Assembly (NCBI GenBank): GCA_900617105.1
Contig: UYFQ01000561.1
Coordinates: 1 to 64,000 of the forward strand
Direction of reading: 5' to 3'
Length of the DNA: 64,000 nucleotides
Source: Hydrurus foetidus
Taxonomy: Eukaryota
How positions within the stretch are numbered: the first letter of the stretch is position 1; each line of letters begins with the position of its first letter. This document shows positions 23,919 to 38,500 of the stretch, piece after piece. The translations under genes were made by a program, and so were the position numbers. The notes under the pieces were generated by a model. That model was not told the DNA's origin. It saw only the letters and a program-made list of their open reading frames with translations, and searched no databases.

Positions 23919-26414
23919 TTATTTTTCTGGTATTTTCATTGGCAATTCCACATTTTCTTGACAAATTTCTTCCATGCCCTTAAGGGCTACTAAGTTATTC
24001 CGATCTATACGAATGACGTACGCAAAATCTTGTTTTGCAAGGGACCACTTTCTTTGACACGTATATGCTCTCGCTCTAAAAATTATAAAAAAATGCGGGA
24101 AAAATTATCGAAATAAAGTTAGTGTGTCTGAAGCAAATGAAGACATTGTTCTGAATAGATTTTTGTATATGATAATAGTGAGGCACTCAAATGTGTTTAA
24201 TTTGTCAGGTACCCAGTCATTCAGACATGCTGTTTATCATCTACATTCCGTGACAAAAACACTACTGTTAGGATAGAGTGGCATTTTATCATTCAGCACT
24301 GTCAAACACTCAAACGTAAAAGCACTCATTTTATCTAACTTTGGAAAATTCTGACCTGAGACATATTACGTGTAGTAGTGAGGGTTGGTTTAAGATTATA
24401 ACGGAATAATCGGCCACGGCCAAATCCCATTCTTGAAGACACATGTAGCAACACGCTCTTTGAAGCAACTTGAAAATAAAAAAAATGAAGAAAAAAAGAA
24501 ATAAAAAAAATGAAGAAAAAAAGAAGTAGAGCGGTATCAAGCGAAATAAAAAAATGTCAGAAATAGAAGTGTACAAAAATTTAAAAACTGATGAAGAAAA
24601 ATAGCGAAGTTACGCTGAAAAAATAAAATAGTAAAGAGCTAAAATTCGTACACTAAACTCAACAGATGTCATGTAATAGAAAATGACTAGGCAAGATGAC
24701 AGTCATAAAAGTCAACAAAGAATACATGTGCGATATGAAGTTAAGCAGGAATGAAATAGTAGGAAGTTACACCAGCTGCGTGGCATGATACAGTTGAAAT
24801 GTCACGCTAATACGAACACTTTAATGTCCGGGTGCACGTCATTTATTTAACTGACCGAATTCATGTCTTCCGGATACTTTTGTACTAAAATATTAGAAAC
24901 TAATACTGCTTCGTCAAATTGTGGCGGTTTCGTTTTCATGCATAGAAGCAGATTAAGTTTTAATACGTATTCTATCTGGGCCTTATCATTCAAATTATAC
25001 AATAACTTTAATTGATTCAATGCTCTGTCAAATTCTTTTTTTCTGCTGTAGCAACACGCCAACATATAGTGCCCTTCTATATTCGACATTTCAGTATCTG
25101 CAAAATTATAGAAAAATGCGCAAGGTTAATTGATGGCGAATGAACATTTGAAAAAGAAAAAAGAAAGGAAGAGTATAGGAAGTGAAATCGATGTCGGTGA
25201 TGAGCATTGAGAATATGACGTATAGTATAGAATTCGCTGGCTCAAAATGAATAATGGAAAATAAGATAATCGCATGAATATTTCAAAGATGAAATGCGTG
25301 TAACAATTTCGGAGAAATAATAAATATTTAGCACAAAGTAATAAAAATTTAACACAAAGCGATAAAAAGGAAGGTAAAGGAGACGCATTTTGAACACAAT
25401 CTAATTGAAAAAATATACAGTCAGTCTAGCGTTATAAATTACAAATCAAAAATTGGTACAATTGATGCGAACCTATAATTTTTGCTGCTACAATCTCGCA
25501 CTTGCTGACATCATCCAGGGCATACAACAACTTCGATGTCAGAACTAACAGATCCACTCTCCACACTACAAGACGGGCTGGGCCTGAATTTTCCCCCCTG
25601 TTACTTTTTCCATTTCTTTCATTATTGTGGATTGTGTATAGATGTTCACCACAATGTTCATGGATGACTGCAAGGGCATTCTCTTTTTCATTTGCCAGAA
25701 AGTGATACTTTGCTTTTTCAAATGCAACTCTTTGATCTCGTGCGTCAGCGAGAGAAACTCTACTGAGTAAGAACTCTGTTCTCCCTGAATATAAACATAT
25801 GAAATAATCTGGCAGCTCAGAATTTAACATGAATTTTCAATTGTATGTGTATTATTAATCAGTGATGCATTTAGACATGAAATATCCAGTGTATTGTCAA
25901 ATTCACAACTAAAGAGGAAAATCATGTTTCCGTACTCAAAAATGGCTGCTGAGAGTAGCATTCATCAGTCAGTATTCGTCAAATTTCCCTCAAGGTAATT
26001 CCTCAAACTGCTGTGTTGTTTTGACCTCAACAGTGAGAACTCTCTTGAAGTCTAGTCATCGTCAAGAACACATACCGTCACAGTTGCTTCGAATGTATAC
26101 GGCTTACCTTTCCATCCTCTGTAGTAGGATTGAAGCAATGTAATTGCTTTCAAACACACAGCCAAGTTTGCAATCACCCTATTATCTAAGGATATCAGAA
26201 CGTTTTGCTGCTTCCCTGATTTAATGTAGTTATCACGGAACAATCTCCCTGGAGTTGGTTGCTGTTTCATTTCATTCAAAGTTATACGATTGTTGCATGC
26301 AGCAGACCATTTTATAGCTTTTTTTTCTTCGCTCTCAGCGATGTTCTTAGGAGTGCGGTACTCGATGTCGAAATTAAATTCATTTGGCTCTCTAGAATTC
26401 ATTATTTTCCGCAT
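23919..26414 (-). CDS. IQ-motif and TPR-repeat protein, about 5 exons
   Basis: IQ-like AITLLQSYYRGWKGR across intron 1. TPR-like units GHYMLACCYSRKKEFDRAL, LLQRACCYMCLQEWDLAVADY and RARAYTCQRKWSLAKQDF. GT-AG joins keep the frame. Start codon uncertain. Confidence 0.75.
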
Positions 26415-27368
26415 TGTCCATGAGGCAGCGATTTTTGCAACAAGTGGTCTTTTTAATCACACAAAATGTGCAGTCGCAGCTGGGGTATATTGGAAGCTTT
26501 GCAACTGCGGAGATATTTCGTTCTTGGCTCTTGGTTCTGCAATTACGACTCCACTTCAATACAAGCTCTTTGGCAATAGGACTTTCAGCTGCAAACGCGT
26601 TGTCGACACTGCTGCAATTGTTGAAATAAAATGTCTGAAAGTGATGAAGGAGGACAGATCAATGAGACCTCCTCACAAACTCCTCCTGTAGAAGTCAGGA
26701 GAGAGGAGAGACGAGATTTGAAAGATGAAAGAGAGGGTTTGTTCACATTTTTTTAACCGGTTTTTTGTTTTGTCGTTTTACAGTACCTACATCTCTTCTC
26801 TCTAAGACAGTGAAAATGTGAAGCTGAAAATGAAAACCTCTAATTCGTGCGTTGCAGATCTTATTCAAGGTTGTATGAGCTGTCTATTTTGACGATTTTA
26901 AAGGGCGATTTTAATAGTAATCGGAGTTTTTCGTCTCCTGAAAACTGCTGGACAATTTCGAGATAAAATGATTACTATTCTAATCCATTTAACTTTAACT
27001 GCATCTTCCCATAGAATGTTTACTTTCTGCAGACCAAAGTCGGGACGCATTCGCGAAGTTGTTGAGGACAAATGAAACTAATGTCACCTCGTTCTCCTTG
27101 CTTATCCGATGACAATAAATGATAAAAAAAGATAAAAATATGTATTTTAGTATAGTTTATGATGGGAAAGTGTGATGGAATTATCAAAAATAATGTTCAT
27201 CCTATTTTAGTTCTATACAATTGAAAACCGTGTAACTTGAGTCTATGAAAGATACTGAAAATGCACCTAAAACACGGAACTGAAATACAACTTCTAATAC
27301 TGTTGAATTTAAATACACGTATCAAACCTCACAGTATAGTGCACTACAGTGACGATAATAAGCACTTT

Positions 27369-30043
27369 TTATTCTTCTTTTAAATTGTATTGCCTTGAGT
27401 AGGATAAGATGTGAAGATTTTCTATTTCCATACGTTTTTTGTTCAATTTTTGTAGGTTTGATAATTTATGATTGAAGTCGTCATCGTCCTTTAGACCGAA
27501 GGGGGTGTTATCAGCGGACAATAAAAACTTCCATTTCTGCACACCTACTGACGGAATATCTGAATGGTGCTTGTCTGTACATGTACGTGCGACTGTGTGA
27601 ATGTCTGTGTGTGTGCTAGTATGTATGTGGGTGTCCACATGATGCGTGGAAGGTGTAGAGGGTGCGGTGGTGATCTGTGTGTGTGAGTGTGTGCGTGCCT
27701 GCGCATATGTGTCAGAGACTGTGTGTGTGTGCCTGTGCACATCTGTGTGTGCGTTGATGAGAAATGATCCCTCATTATTCAGTACAGAACTCTCATTATT
27801 CAGTGCAGAACTCTCATTATTTGGTGCACATGTTGAACTTGAACTTGAACTTGATGTTGCAGTGAGTAGAAGAGAAGAATGTGCTACACTTTCCTCCTCA
27901 ACAACGCAACACTTTGAACTGTTTTCTGTAAAATCGGATTCTTGAAACATTCCGAATAAATTCAAGTGTAACACTTCACTAGTTGTTTGTTCTGATTCGA
28001 GCATGCCGCCTATGTAAAGTACTCCACTCGAACATGGGATAGCACAGTGGCCTGTATGATAAGATAACACAAGATATGATAAGATATGGTATGGTATTAC
28101 ATGATGTGATATAACAAGATAAGACAAAACAATTGAATCACTCAGTTATTAAAGATAGGTAAGTAAAGACAAGAAACTTACGACAAATTGTAAGACAAGG
28201 AATTCAGTACTAATTGGACTAGTGATTGACGCTATAGTCGAAGATCGCTTTGTCTTGAGGAAATATATTAAGCACTCATGCAATAGCACATCTCATGATG
28301 CATACGTAACAAAAGTGAATATTGAAGTTAAAAAAGAACACACAATACACATGAAATAGGCAGCGAAAAAGCACACGTGCTAATTGGTAAAATAGAATAC
28401 TGCAAGAATAGAATAATTGATAATGTATTCGCTAACCTGTTCGGTTTTTCATGGGAAGTGAATTAGTATTCACAGGTGACGAATTGGTATCCGTTTTTTG
28501 TTTTATTTCCTCCCACGTAAGTTTTTTGGTGTCAAAAAGATAGACACCGCTACTGTACCTTGATCTGATGTGAAGAGTGATATTGGTGTTTTAAAGTATA
28601 GTAATAGTTTTCGATAGTTTTTCTATCGCTTATCTTTTGGAAATCGGATAATAAAAATGTGAAAAATAAATAAGAAAAAAACGAAAATATAAACATCACA
28701 CACAGGTGACCCTAACCGATTAGAGGTCACGGAGCATGCAACATAAAAAATTAAGTTTAAAGTAGATTATTCAAGAAATCATTTAATGCTAGTGTCACTG
28801 CAATATACAGCAACGGTAAATATATGTGTGTTTATTTTTCAACAGAAATTTCACATTTCAAAACCGTGTAAAATGTAATATAGTATAATAAAAGAATGCA
28901 AAATTATTTGACTATTCAAGGGTCTTCTTGAATATCCGTATAAATAGTTGATTACAGAAATCACAACGATTTTAATTTAATAATTTGATGTGCATTCATT
29001 TACCTAAACAAATCTCGCCCTCCATACACTACAATAAATCTCCCCACACTCACGACACTCAGGCCGATCAAAGCGATGGGACCGCCTAATAGCAATAATT
29101 GTATTCAACATCATCACTTAAAATAAATCAATAAAATGATTAAATAAAATTGCAATTAAGGAATGCAAATCAGTTGATTTATTAAAATCAAAATTCAAAG
29201 TTGTTCTGTACACCGCGTTATTTATGGTGAGTGACATATTCTATTCTGCAATAATTGTAGCACGGAAATGGTATCAGATGCGCACGATATTACACTGCAT
29301 ACAATATCTGAATCGTGATAAGTGTGTTCATAGCGTCAGTTAACTAGGCTACCATTACACATAACATCGAGCAAAGATGAGATGATACTGCTATCAATTT
29401 GAAGCTCAGACACAACACAAAATATATCATAGCATTAATAACTGAGAGACAAAAATATACTTCAACAAGCGACACTCAGACAAAAACAAAATACAATTTA
29501 ACTGGCTTACCGTCAAGTGCGCAATTACGGCTCAATCTCTCCCACACAGGCCGTATGAAAGTCTTCACTTCTTTTCTTTTCTTTGTCACCATTCTTATTG
29601 TTTCTATTTCCATCACCAACACAGTCATCAGCAGTGTTATTAAAATCACATTTATCATCAACTCTTACACTTTTTGATGAACTGTTTTGACTTGCATTAT
29701 TTGCACTTTCCATCTCCCATTGCCTCTCTGCATAATCTACCAAATCTGTCAACGAAATCCTCCAAAAATCTCCAAATGTTTCAGATATGTCGTTTCCTCC
29801 CAGCACGTACATGTGCTCACCCAATACGGTAGCACCGTGGCCTATACGGTGTATAGTATATCGTTTATTAGTATATGTTAGAATAGTATAGTATAGTACA
29901 GTATAGTATAATATAAATTAGTTTGCGATAGTATGTGTTGTGTTATCATGTGTACTGTTTGTATGTGTTGTGCTAGTTTGTTAGTTACGGAATAGGATAG
30001 GTAACCTGTTAGTAAATGAATAAATTAATATAACAGACAATCG

Positions 30044-30074
<31 letters not shown>

Positions 30075-32185
30075 GATGCCATAATGCAAGCGATCACAAG
30101 ATAAATGTACACATAAGATGAGAGACATGCATATATAGAAAAAACATAAAATCTACGTCCAAGATAGTGTATTGTGATTTTTGCAGAAAATTCTGACTTT
30201 CAAATCTGAAAAGTATACAAGCTATGCAATATTATGTAAAGGAAAAAGCAAAGATTAGAGAAAATAAAAACAATAGTCGAGTACAAAATAAAACTCGGAC
30301 AAGTAAGAGATGCAATAGACATATTCTATACGTATGTGCCTCAACATGCATTCATCAAATAAAGAATACATCAAAAATAGAAAAAAGTTAGAAAAGAGTT
30401 ATTAAAAAGTTAGTAACGAGTAAAAGTCATGGGACATATAATAATATAAAAAAGACATCTAACCTCCTCTTGCTTTCGGCATCGGACTACAGGTATTTGT
30501 ACGAGAGTCATATTCTTTGATTACTATTTCCGTCCAACAGTCATGATTTCCAGCTGGAAAAATAAAATTTCATTAATTTATTATGATTTTAAATGAAATG
30601 TTTTAAATGAAAAATGTTTGCAATATTAATTTACTATTAATAGATAAATAAGTAGTGGAAAATTTATTATCTATATACATGTATTTTTTGTTATCATGTC
30701 AGTCATTACATGATTAATGTGAACTGCTAATCAAAGACATCAAAGAAATAATCAAATGCAGTGTAATAAATGTGCAAAAAAACACTCAATCACTCATTGA
30801 AATTACTACGGTAGCAAACTAACAGAAATTGCATTTACGACTCACCTAATATTTCCTTCTCACTCGCAACCCACACGTCACCAAAACAATTACCTGGCCT
30901 CGACCCACCATATAAAATAATATAATGATCATAGTATAGCATTGTATGACTCCACCTGCCTGCAGGCATTTGGTATTTGATTCTCAGGGGGGGAGAATCT
31001 TCAGGGGTAAAGCCCGTGTACGAATTAGATGCTGTTTCAGAATACGGTAATTCTATGCCAGGAATCTCGTCATCCTCATCATCTCCATTTTCTTGATTAT
31101 TTACCTCCATCATTATTTGATTGTTATTAGCGATTACTAGTGCAATATGTTCGTTTATTGCGATCTCTTCATCTGACAGCATATCCTGTAATCGTAGGTC
31201 AATCCATTTTCCACTCACAACAACGGATTCTGCTTCATTTTTATTACCGTTTTCTTCTGACAACTTTAAATGCCAAAATTGTGTTGAAAAAGTCGAGTCT
31301 GTTATTCCTCCATACATCAGAATGTCTCCAGTACTGATGACGCACATTCCGAATGCTGATGTTATGCCAGGTTGCGGAACGTTCTCTGACAAATAATGAG
31401 AAATGTGTTAGGAATGATCGCAGAAGTGAGATAGAATAAGATAATGTATTAGGAATACATATATTAGGAATTATAGTTGGAATCGATTAGAATAGAGCGG
31501 TGTATGAAGATTACACTCAGTAGGATTATCGAAGAGTTTTAACAGAAAAGTGTGTTAGGAATACGCTCACTAGGAGTGAGTGTATCATTCTATCCGAGTA
31601 TAGATACATAATGCCATAATCAGGATCAATAAAAGGAAAAAAGAATAGAGAAACTTTACCTGATGCATCGATAATAATACGAGAAAAATTTATTTGCTGT
31701 GTGTTCTCATTGACAACAATTTTCCAAACATCACGGAAACTGCCAGCAGTGAAATTCGGAATTGTCGAAGCGCCACCAAATATGTAACTGACGCCTGCCT
31801 GATCGGTGACACTGCGATGGAGAAGGCGTGATCGGAATGTCTGCAATTCTCCGACAGATGACAGAATGTAAGATCTATCCGAGAAATTTTTCATTTTTAG
31901 TTTACTTGATCGGATGGGAAAACTTCCGTTCATAAAGCTATTGCGTTGGGGAGAACAATTTTTGAGATTTCTATACCATTCGCTGTCATTATCCGATAGG
32001 AGTTTCGACTTGCTGAATGGAATCAATGATGGAAATGTGCGCCTCAGTGATTCTGACCACAAATCGTCCTGCTGGCAGCATCGATATATGGAGCTCGAAC
32101 AAGCGCTGAATTCCCCGAGGCATTGAACTGTCAAAAACTTGCAGATATTGATTACTTCGTCATCCGATAAATTCACGAACAACAT
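27369..32185 (-). CDS. F-box plus Kelch-repeat protein, about 7 exons
   Basis: N-terminal F-box-like LSDDEVINICKFL...CQQDDLW. Kelch units YIFGG, LMYGG, RWSHTM..ILYGG..FGDVW, MYVLGG..FGDFW, IVVYGG and LYIGG. Confidence 0.85.
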
Positions 32186-32739
32186 TTTACCTCCAATTTG
32201 TATTTGGAGTAATTATGAACTGCTCCAGAACAGCGTTGACTTTGCAAACGATTGAATTTCGAGCACTCTCGGTACTGGTTACTTGCACTGATGCAGTGCT
32301 TGAATCCTTTCGCAGCTCTGAGAAGAAGTTTTAAATGTGTTGGCAGAATGGAATGATAACCACTTCTGAATTTGTAGCGTTAAGTCGGGTATAGAGATTT
32401 CGATGAATTCTCCGTCGATAAAAAATCAAATTTAACGTCTGTAATTGTGACACTGCTTTTTGAGAGGTGCTAAGGGATCTTCCACAGGAAATTTGCTTCG
32501 CAAGTACAGATAGGAACCAAATACTGAAGTTGATGTGGGCAGTTGAGTGCTTTTGTCCATCGCATCCTTCAACTACGACACTGCGAATAATTGAGTTCGG
32601 ACCGGTATACCGGAACTGTCGGCGGGAAACCCGAACACAGTTTCCGGTTCTGGGTTTTGGGTTGTTTGGATTTTTTATTTTTTCACCCAAAAATTTGAAA
32701 AATCTGGGGTCGAAATAATTCAAAATCTGTTGAATCTCA

Positions 32740-32820
32740 CTTCTCTCTTCTCTCTTCTCTCTTCTCTCTTCTCTCTTCTCTCTCCTCTCTTCTCTCATCT
32801 CTCATCTCTCATCTCTCTTC
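32740..32820. repeat. (TCTCTTC)n/(TCTCATC)n heptamer microsatellite between divergent genes
   Basis: About 11 units of 7 nt, read directly. Confidence 0.85.
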
Positions 32821-33058
32821 ACTCTCCATTATCCCTCTCTGCTACGAAAGGGGCACCAATTCTATGCACAGAGAATTTCCGACAGTAAATACAGAAAACC
32901 GGTACTGGAACGGATAGAAAGCAGTTGAGTCCTACCATTGAAGAATCTGAAACAACTTCTGTGCGAAGGAATCTACTTGTCAAGGCTAATTTCTTTCTGT
33001 AGCGGTGTTTCATTCTCAGAGCCCTCGAAGCACTGACAGTTAAGCGATCCGTTTCAAC

Positions 33059-33958
33059 ATGGCGAATGATCTTGAAGACTCCATCCTGAAGCAAAATATT
33101 CCGGGCCGATGGTCTACTCACGAGGGCAGCCGTGGCGATAATAGAATAGAGGACGGCGATGATGAGAATTCTGAACCAGATGGAGATGTTGTCCCTCAAA
33201 CTGAGGAGGAAGCTCTCTTCGATCATGCAAGATATCTTTCAAGTGCTGACGTACCCGAGCCCATTCGTAGAGGGATCCTAAACGATCGCCAGAAAAAATC
33301 GAAAACGGGCGTCAAAGGAGTTCTTGCGGACTATAAAGCAGCATGTGACCTTGATGCTGCTCAGCGTAAGGCCACTGCTGATTATCGATCTGCTGTCCTA
33401 ACGACTATGGCAGAAGGCCACAAGCTCACCGCAGAGGAGACTATTCTGATTCACCAGCAGGCATTTGAGAAACCAGCACAGAGAGATGCAGATTCAGATG
33501 ATGACGACAGCTATGATGAAGAAGGCGATGACAAAGTGTTCTTGGAGGAAGTTAGGAAAACTTTCCTGAGAGATATGTTAGGAGAGAGCAGTAGACCAGT
33601 ATTCGGAAACGTGAAAGAGGTCGGAACTGAGGACTTCATCGAGGAAATTGATTGTGAAGATCCAAGGACAATAGTTGTAGTGCATTTATATGAGCCTTCA
33701 GTGAGCTCATCTACCCGTATGAACCGGTTTATAGAGGAAATGGCTCGTACGATGACAAACTTGAAATTCCTCCGCATGCACGCCTCTAGGAATGAAATTG
33801 CAATAGACCGCATGACACTGCCTATACTGAACATCTATAGAGGAGGGAAAAGCATCACTGTTCTTGCTGGCATAGCAGAAGAGTTGGGAGAATACTTCAC
33901 GAGGGAGGATGCAGAGTGGTTATTAGAATCTACACTGCAAGCGAACGGACTACTTTAA
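33059..33958 (+). CDS. Phosducin-like protein (PhLP1-like), 299 aa, intronless
   Basis: TGVKGVLADY matches the phosducin TGPKGV motif, followed by an acidic linker and a thioredoxin-like C-terminal domain (FGNVKEV, IVVVHLYE, LKFLRM, LPILNIYRGG). Confidence 0.88.
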   Translation: MANDLEDSILKQNIPGRWSTHEGSRGDNRIEDGDDENSEPDGDVVPQTEEEALFDHARYLSSADVPEPIRRGILNDRQKKSKTGVKGVLADYKAACDLDAAQRKATADYRSAVLTTMAEGHKLTAEETILIHQQAFEKPAQRDADSDDDDSYDEEGDDKVFLEEVRKTFLRDMLGESSRPVFGNVKEVGTEDFIEEIDCEDPRTIVVVHLYEPSVSSSTRMNRFIEEMARTMTNLKFLRMHASRNEIAIDRMTLPILNIYRGGKSITVLAGIAEELGEYFTREDAEWLLESTLQANGLL

Positions 33959-35517
33959 TTACGTGCGCTTTCACAATTATTCAGGATGTTTTAGAATACT
34001 AGCGTATTTGACCTAGTATGTCGTTATTATTTCTGATGATGGTACGACAAACTGTCAGAGAATTTCTCTAATAGCTGTCAACACAATTATTTGTTATTGC
34101 TGCGCTACTACTGTATATCGCTAAACATTATTACTGATCACATCAGTGCTGCATTAAAAAGTACATTAAAATCTGTATTAAAAAAAGATGTGCTTATTTG
34201 AGATAATCACAATGACAAGAGAAATTTAAATTATACAAGATATCTTCTAAGTAATCGAATTCCAGTTAAATGCGGCACTGTACAGATTTGCAGATTTCAC
34301 GGATTAGATTACATGAACAATTTTTTTTATTTGCTTTCCACATTCGCGACATTCCAGTGTAAATAAATTACAATAGTATGACTGAATGAGAAGCTATCTC
34401 CATACGATTCAGTTGTTACTCCTGAGATGTTGGGATAGTAAATGTGAGAACACCATTGACGCCTTGGAATTGAATTACTGTACATCCGACATTCAGAGAC
34501 ATTCCGCTCCCTTTTACTGCTTGCCGAAAAAATATTCTTAAAGTGGATGCTTGGTGACTACAACTACGTGTAAACGGCCCCAGGGTAAGCGAATTTCACC
34601 AGTGACTGTTGAGAGAGCCGTATCCTGAATGACGTACTAAATACCGCATAGTGATCATTCGTGGAATCAACATCTGCCTATTTGAAGCTTAAGTAGTCGC
34701 TATCGATACACAGAATAAGTGATCATGTCAGGGAAGGCAATAAAGGATAAAGCGTGTGTATCATGTGTCAGCGCCAACATAGAATCAACAGATCGCAAGC
34801 ATGACACAACCAATTGTGGTTCAGTCGAGGTAATAAATGCTAATCACGGAGAACTCGATAACTTGCATTCCGCTTAAAGATACCGCCACCTCACCCCCAA
34901 TATACTTCACTAAAAACGGCTGATTGACTGGAAGCCATGATTTCAAATTCCATTGTTTTTAACACCGCAAAACATCCCAAATATATAAAAAGGTAGTCAT
35001 CACTAAATCATCTCATACTTGTAAAATTTGAAATTTACTTCAGTCTTCACATTCAAGTAGCCGCTGGCAAGAGTTAATTCTTTTTCAAATAGTTTTCCTG
35101 TTCAGAACAGTATTACTTTGCGTGTCTTGTGGAAGTACGGTATCTCCGCTGGGATAGATTCGATTCTGATTTGTTGACGATCCCAACACCCCTTGATCCC
35201 AAGATCTGGGATCTCGCGTACGATTTACGATTGAAGACACACACACGTTTCAAGTGTGCGGGTTCCCTGATGGAATTCGAATCATAAATGAAATGGTATG
35301 CCTTGTCGAACGTCGAACAGACGGGACAAATGTCAGCTAAATCAGGGTAGTGAAAGGGCATCAAGAAGCTATGAATGGAGCCCAAGTCATACCAAGCGCG
35401 TTCCAAATCCAAACGACAGCTCCGCTGTGAAAGACCACAAACGGACCTATCACTGAACTCGCTCATGTCAATCGCAGAGATTACCCGACCTATTTAATAC
35501 TGGCCGGTGGATACACA

Positions 35518-38500
35518 ATGATCCAAATCTCCGCACCTGGCGCATACCCTATTCTGTTTCTGACTCTCATAGTGGCTCTATTCTGCCTCACCCCAATATT
35601 CATCCTCAACTCGGGATTACTTCACATAAGTGATGGCGAGGTCAATCGTGAAAGATTTTATGACAGTATTTACTACACGGCACCATTACTAGGCTCCTTA
35701 TTCGTCGCTATCATTCCTGCCATCGACCTTCTACTCGATATGCCGCTAAAATTCGTCAACTATGTCCTCCCTGATGAGAGATACACCAAGAAGATGGTTG
35801 AAAGCAAAGTAGTCCGCCTGACAGAATGCGAGAGGATGACCTTCATTCTTGGTCTGATAGTTCAGTCAGTGAGCGTTTTGTGGCCAGATTCATCGAGCCC
35901 TTTCCGCATAAGCATTGTCTGCCCAAGCTCCACCAATGCAAGCATTTTGCTGACACTTATTCCTATCGTCACATTCCTGGAACGAACAACAACAACTTTC
36001 ACCCCGTCTTGGACTTTCGCAATAGCCTTTCTTGGCCTCGTTGCTTTCGTATTGAAGACTATTCCTATGCTTCTAAATGAAGGCAATTCCCACATCACAG
36101 CACTTCGCCTTGCTGAGGCCGCTCTATCGAGTGCTTCTGGACTCATCTACCTCTGCATCATTATTCTATGCTTCATCAAGTTTCTCTCCACGAAATTTAT
36201 CACCGCTGCCTCACGGTTGGAAACGTATAACTCAATCAAGAAGTACATAGTCCAACCTATGTTGCTCATTAGACACGAAGATGCCTCAGCTGATGATGAT
36301 GGCGATTTGTACACAAACTACATCCCTGCATTGCACATGGTTTCTAGCGTGATCATCAGTCTCGCTTACACGTCCGTAACTCTCTCCCCTGAGCCTTTTA
36401 AATTGATGATGATTGCACGTAAGAACTATGTCGTTCTTGCCGCGGAAATACTTGTGCTCGTCATTGAGTTGCGTATTAGGAAAAACGAGTTAGCAAGAGG
36501 ACTGGTAAGAACGTACACTACTTTAATGAACTGTGCTGACATACACCTACATGAATTATTACATCCTATTCTTGAATCATAAATCATGTGGCAACAAACT
36601 CTGACTGTTTTTATTCCGTATTTTGTATTCTGTATCGTGTGCATCCAGATCGCTCTTCTAGAATCGAAGAAATCGTATGTGCGTTACATCTCGCACGAAC
36701 TACGCACACCGCTGAACACAGCGTTTCTCGGTCTGAAACTGCTCACGAACGAATTAAAGATCAGTAACAGTCCGAGAGATGTGGACAGATACGACACATT
36801 ATGTGACGTAAACATGTCGTGTATGGCAGCTGTTGACATCCTAAATGACCTACTTTGCCATGAGAAATTGGAGAGCGGTATCTTAGAATTACACAAAGAA
36901 CACATCACGGTTGTGCCGTTTTTAAACGACTGTATATCGATGTTTTCGGTCCAAGCTAGAGAAGGTGAAGTAGCACTCACAGTGGAGACGGAATTAAATG
37001 GGAGTAAAAAATGTTGCGGTTATTCAGACCCCTCCCAAGTAACACTATCACTTGAAAATTACGACACCGTATACTGTGACAAATTCAAAATGGATCAAGT
37101 TATACGGAACATCATTTCTAACGCGTTGAAATTCACACCACGTGGTGGAGCTGTTACCGTAAGTGCATCTTTTGTGCACGAATCAAAGGAAGATGTTGAG
37201 AGATATTGTGCGGATTCTGATGTAGCAAATTCAAGTGTTAACAAAAATCCAAATAAAAGTGAAAATTTGAAATCAAACGAAAAATCAAATTCAAAAATAA
37301 ATGAAAAATCAAACACTAAATCAAATTCAAAATCTTATGTAAAAGTAAGTGCAAAATCGTCACCGGCAAAATCTCCCTCTCGCAGCAATGATAGCGTGGT
37401 AAGACTCTTACATTTTTTCAAAAGTGTTAAAACAGTGTTAGACTTTGATTTGAGTCATTTAAGTTACACAAATATTTGTACTATTTCAAATTATTCATAT
37501 TCATGTGTTGCACATATGAGTACTTTTTCATAATCCACAGAAATTATCTTGTCGTTCATTTACAACATACGCGACTGTCGTCTGTTTGTGCTTCTTATCT
37601 TGCCTTGTATCATTTCTAATTACTCGGTATCTCCATTCTCACGTTGTATCGTATTTTTAATTTTATTAATATCTCCTCGGTCATTTTTAACACATCATAT
37701 AATATAACATCATATCATATCACATCATGTCACATCACATCATATGATGTCATATCACACCATATGATATCATCTCACATCATATCACGTTCCACTACAT
37801 CACACCATATCATATCATTTCACACCATACCATATTATACCATATCATTATCACATTATATCACATCACATTATATTATATAAAATCATATCACATCATA
37901 TGATATCATCTCACATCATATCATATGATATCACATTTTTAAACTCATTTCTACTGATCTCATAATAAATCACCAATTACCAATTACCTATATATCTTGT
38001 TCAATAGGTGCGTGTTGCGCAGCAATCGTACGAGAATGCACGTAAAAGAAATTCTTTTCGTCCTTTTCAGTCGAATCCGAAACCAAACCCATGTTTTGCT
38101 GCAGATCCGTTAAACGGAAAATTAGTAATTGTTGTCACCGATAATGGTGTCGGTATCAGCAAACAAAACCAAGAGAGATTGTTCAAAGAAGTAGTGCAGT
38201 TCAGCCCTGAGAAGCTACAGTCGGGTGGAGGGAGTGGATTAGGAATGTGGATCACGGGAGGTATAATGAGTCTACATGACGGCAGTATTCACGTTCATTC
38301 AGATGGGGAGGGGACAGGCACTTCGTTTATTGTCGAAATGCCCATGAGGAGAACACCTCGCTCAATAGACCAAAATAAAACAACTAGACAGTCTAACGGA
38401 TCCGGTATAAATATACCGTTTTTGGAATTAACCGGAAGGTCCCGGTCACTTCCGGTATTGTCAAATAGTTCGTTCACGGATACTTCCCCTCCTTTACCAC

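Noticed and set aside
35518..36504. Histidine-kinase rhodopsin
   Set aside because: No DxxxK retinal-binding motif in the last helix and no RYxxW-type helix C motif.
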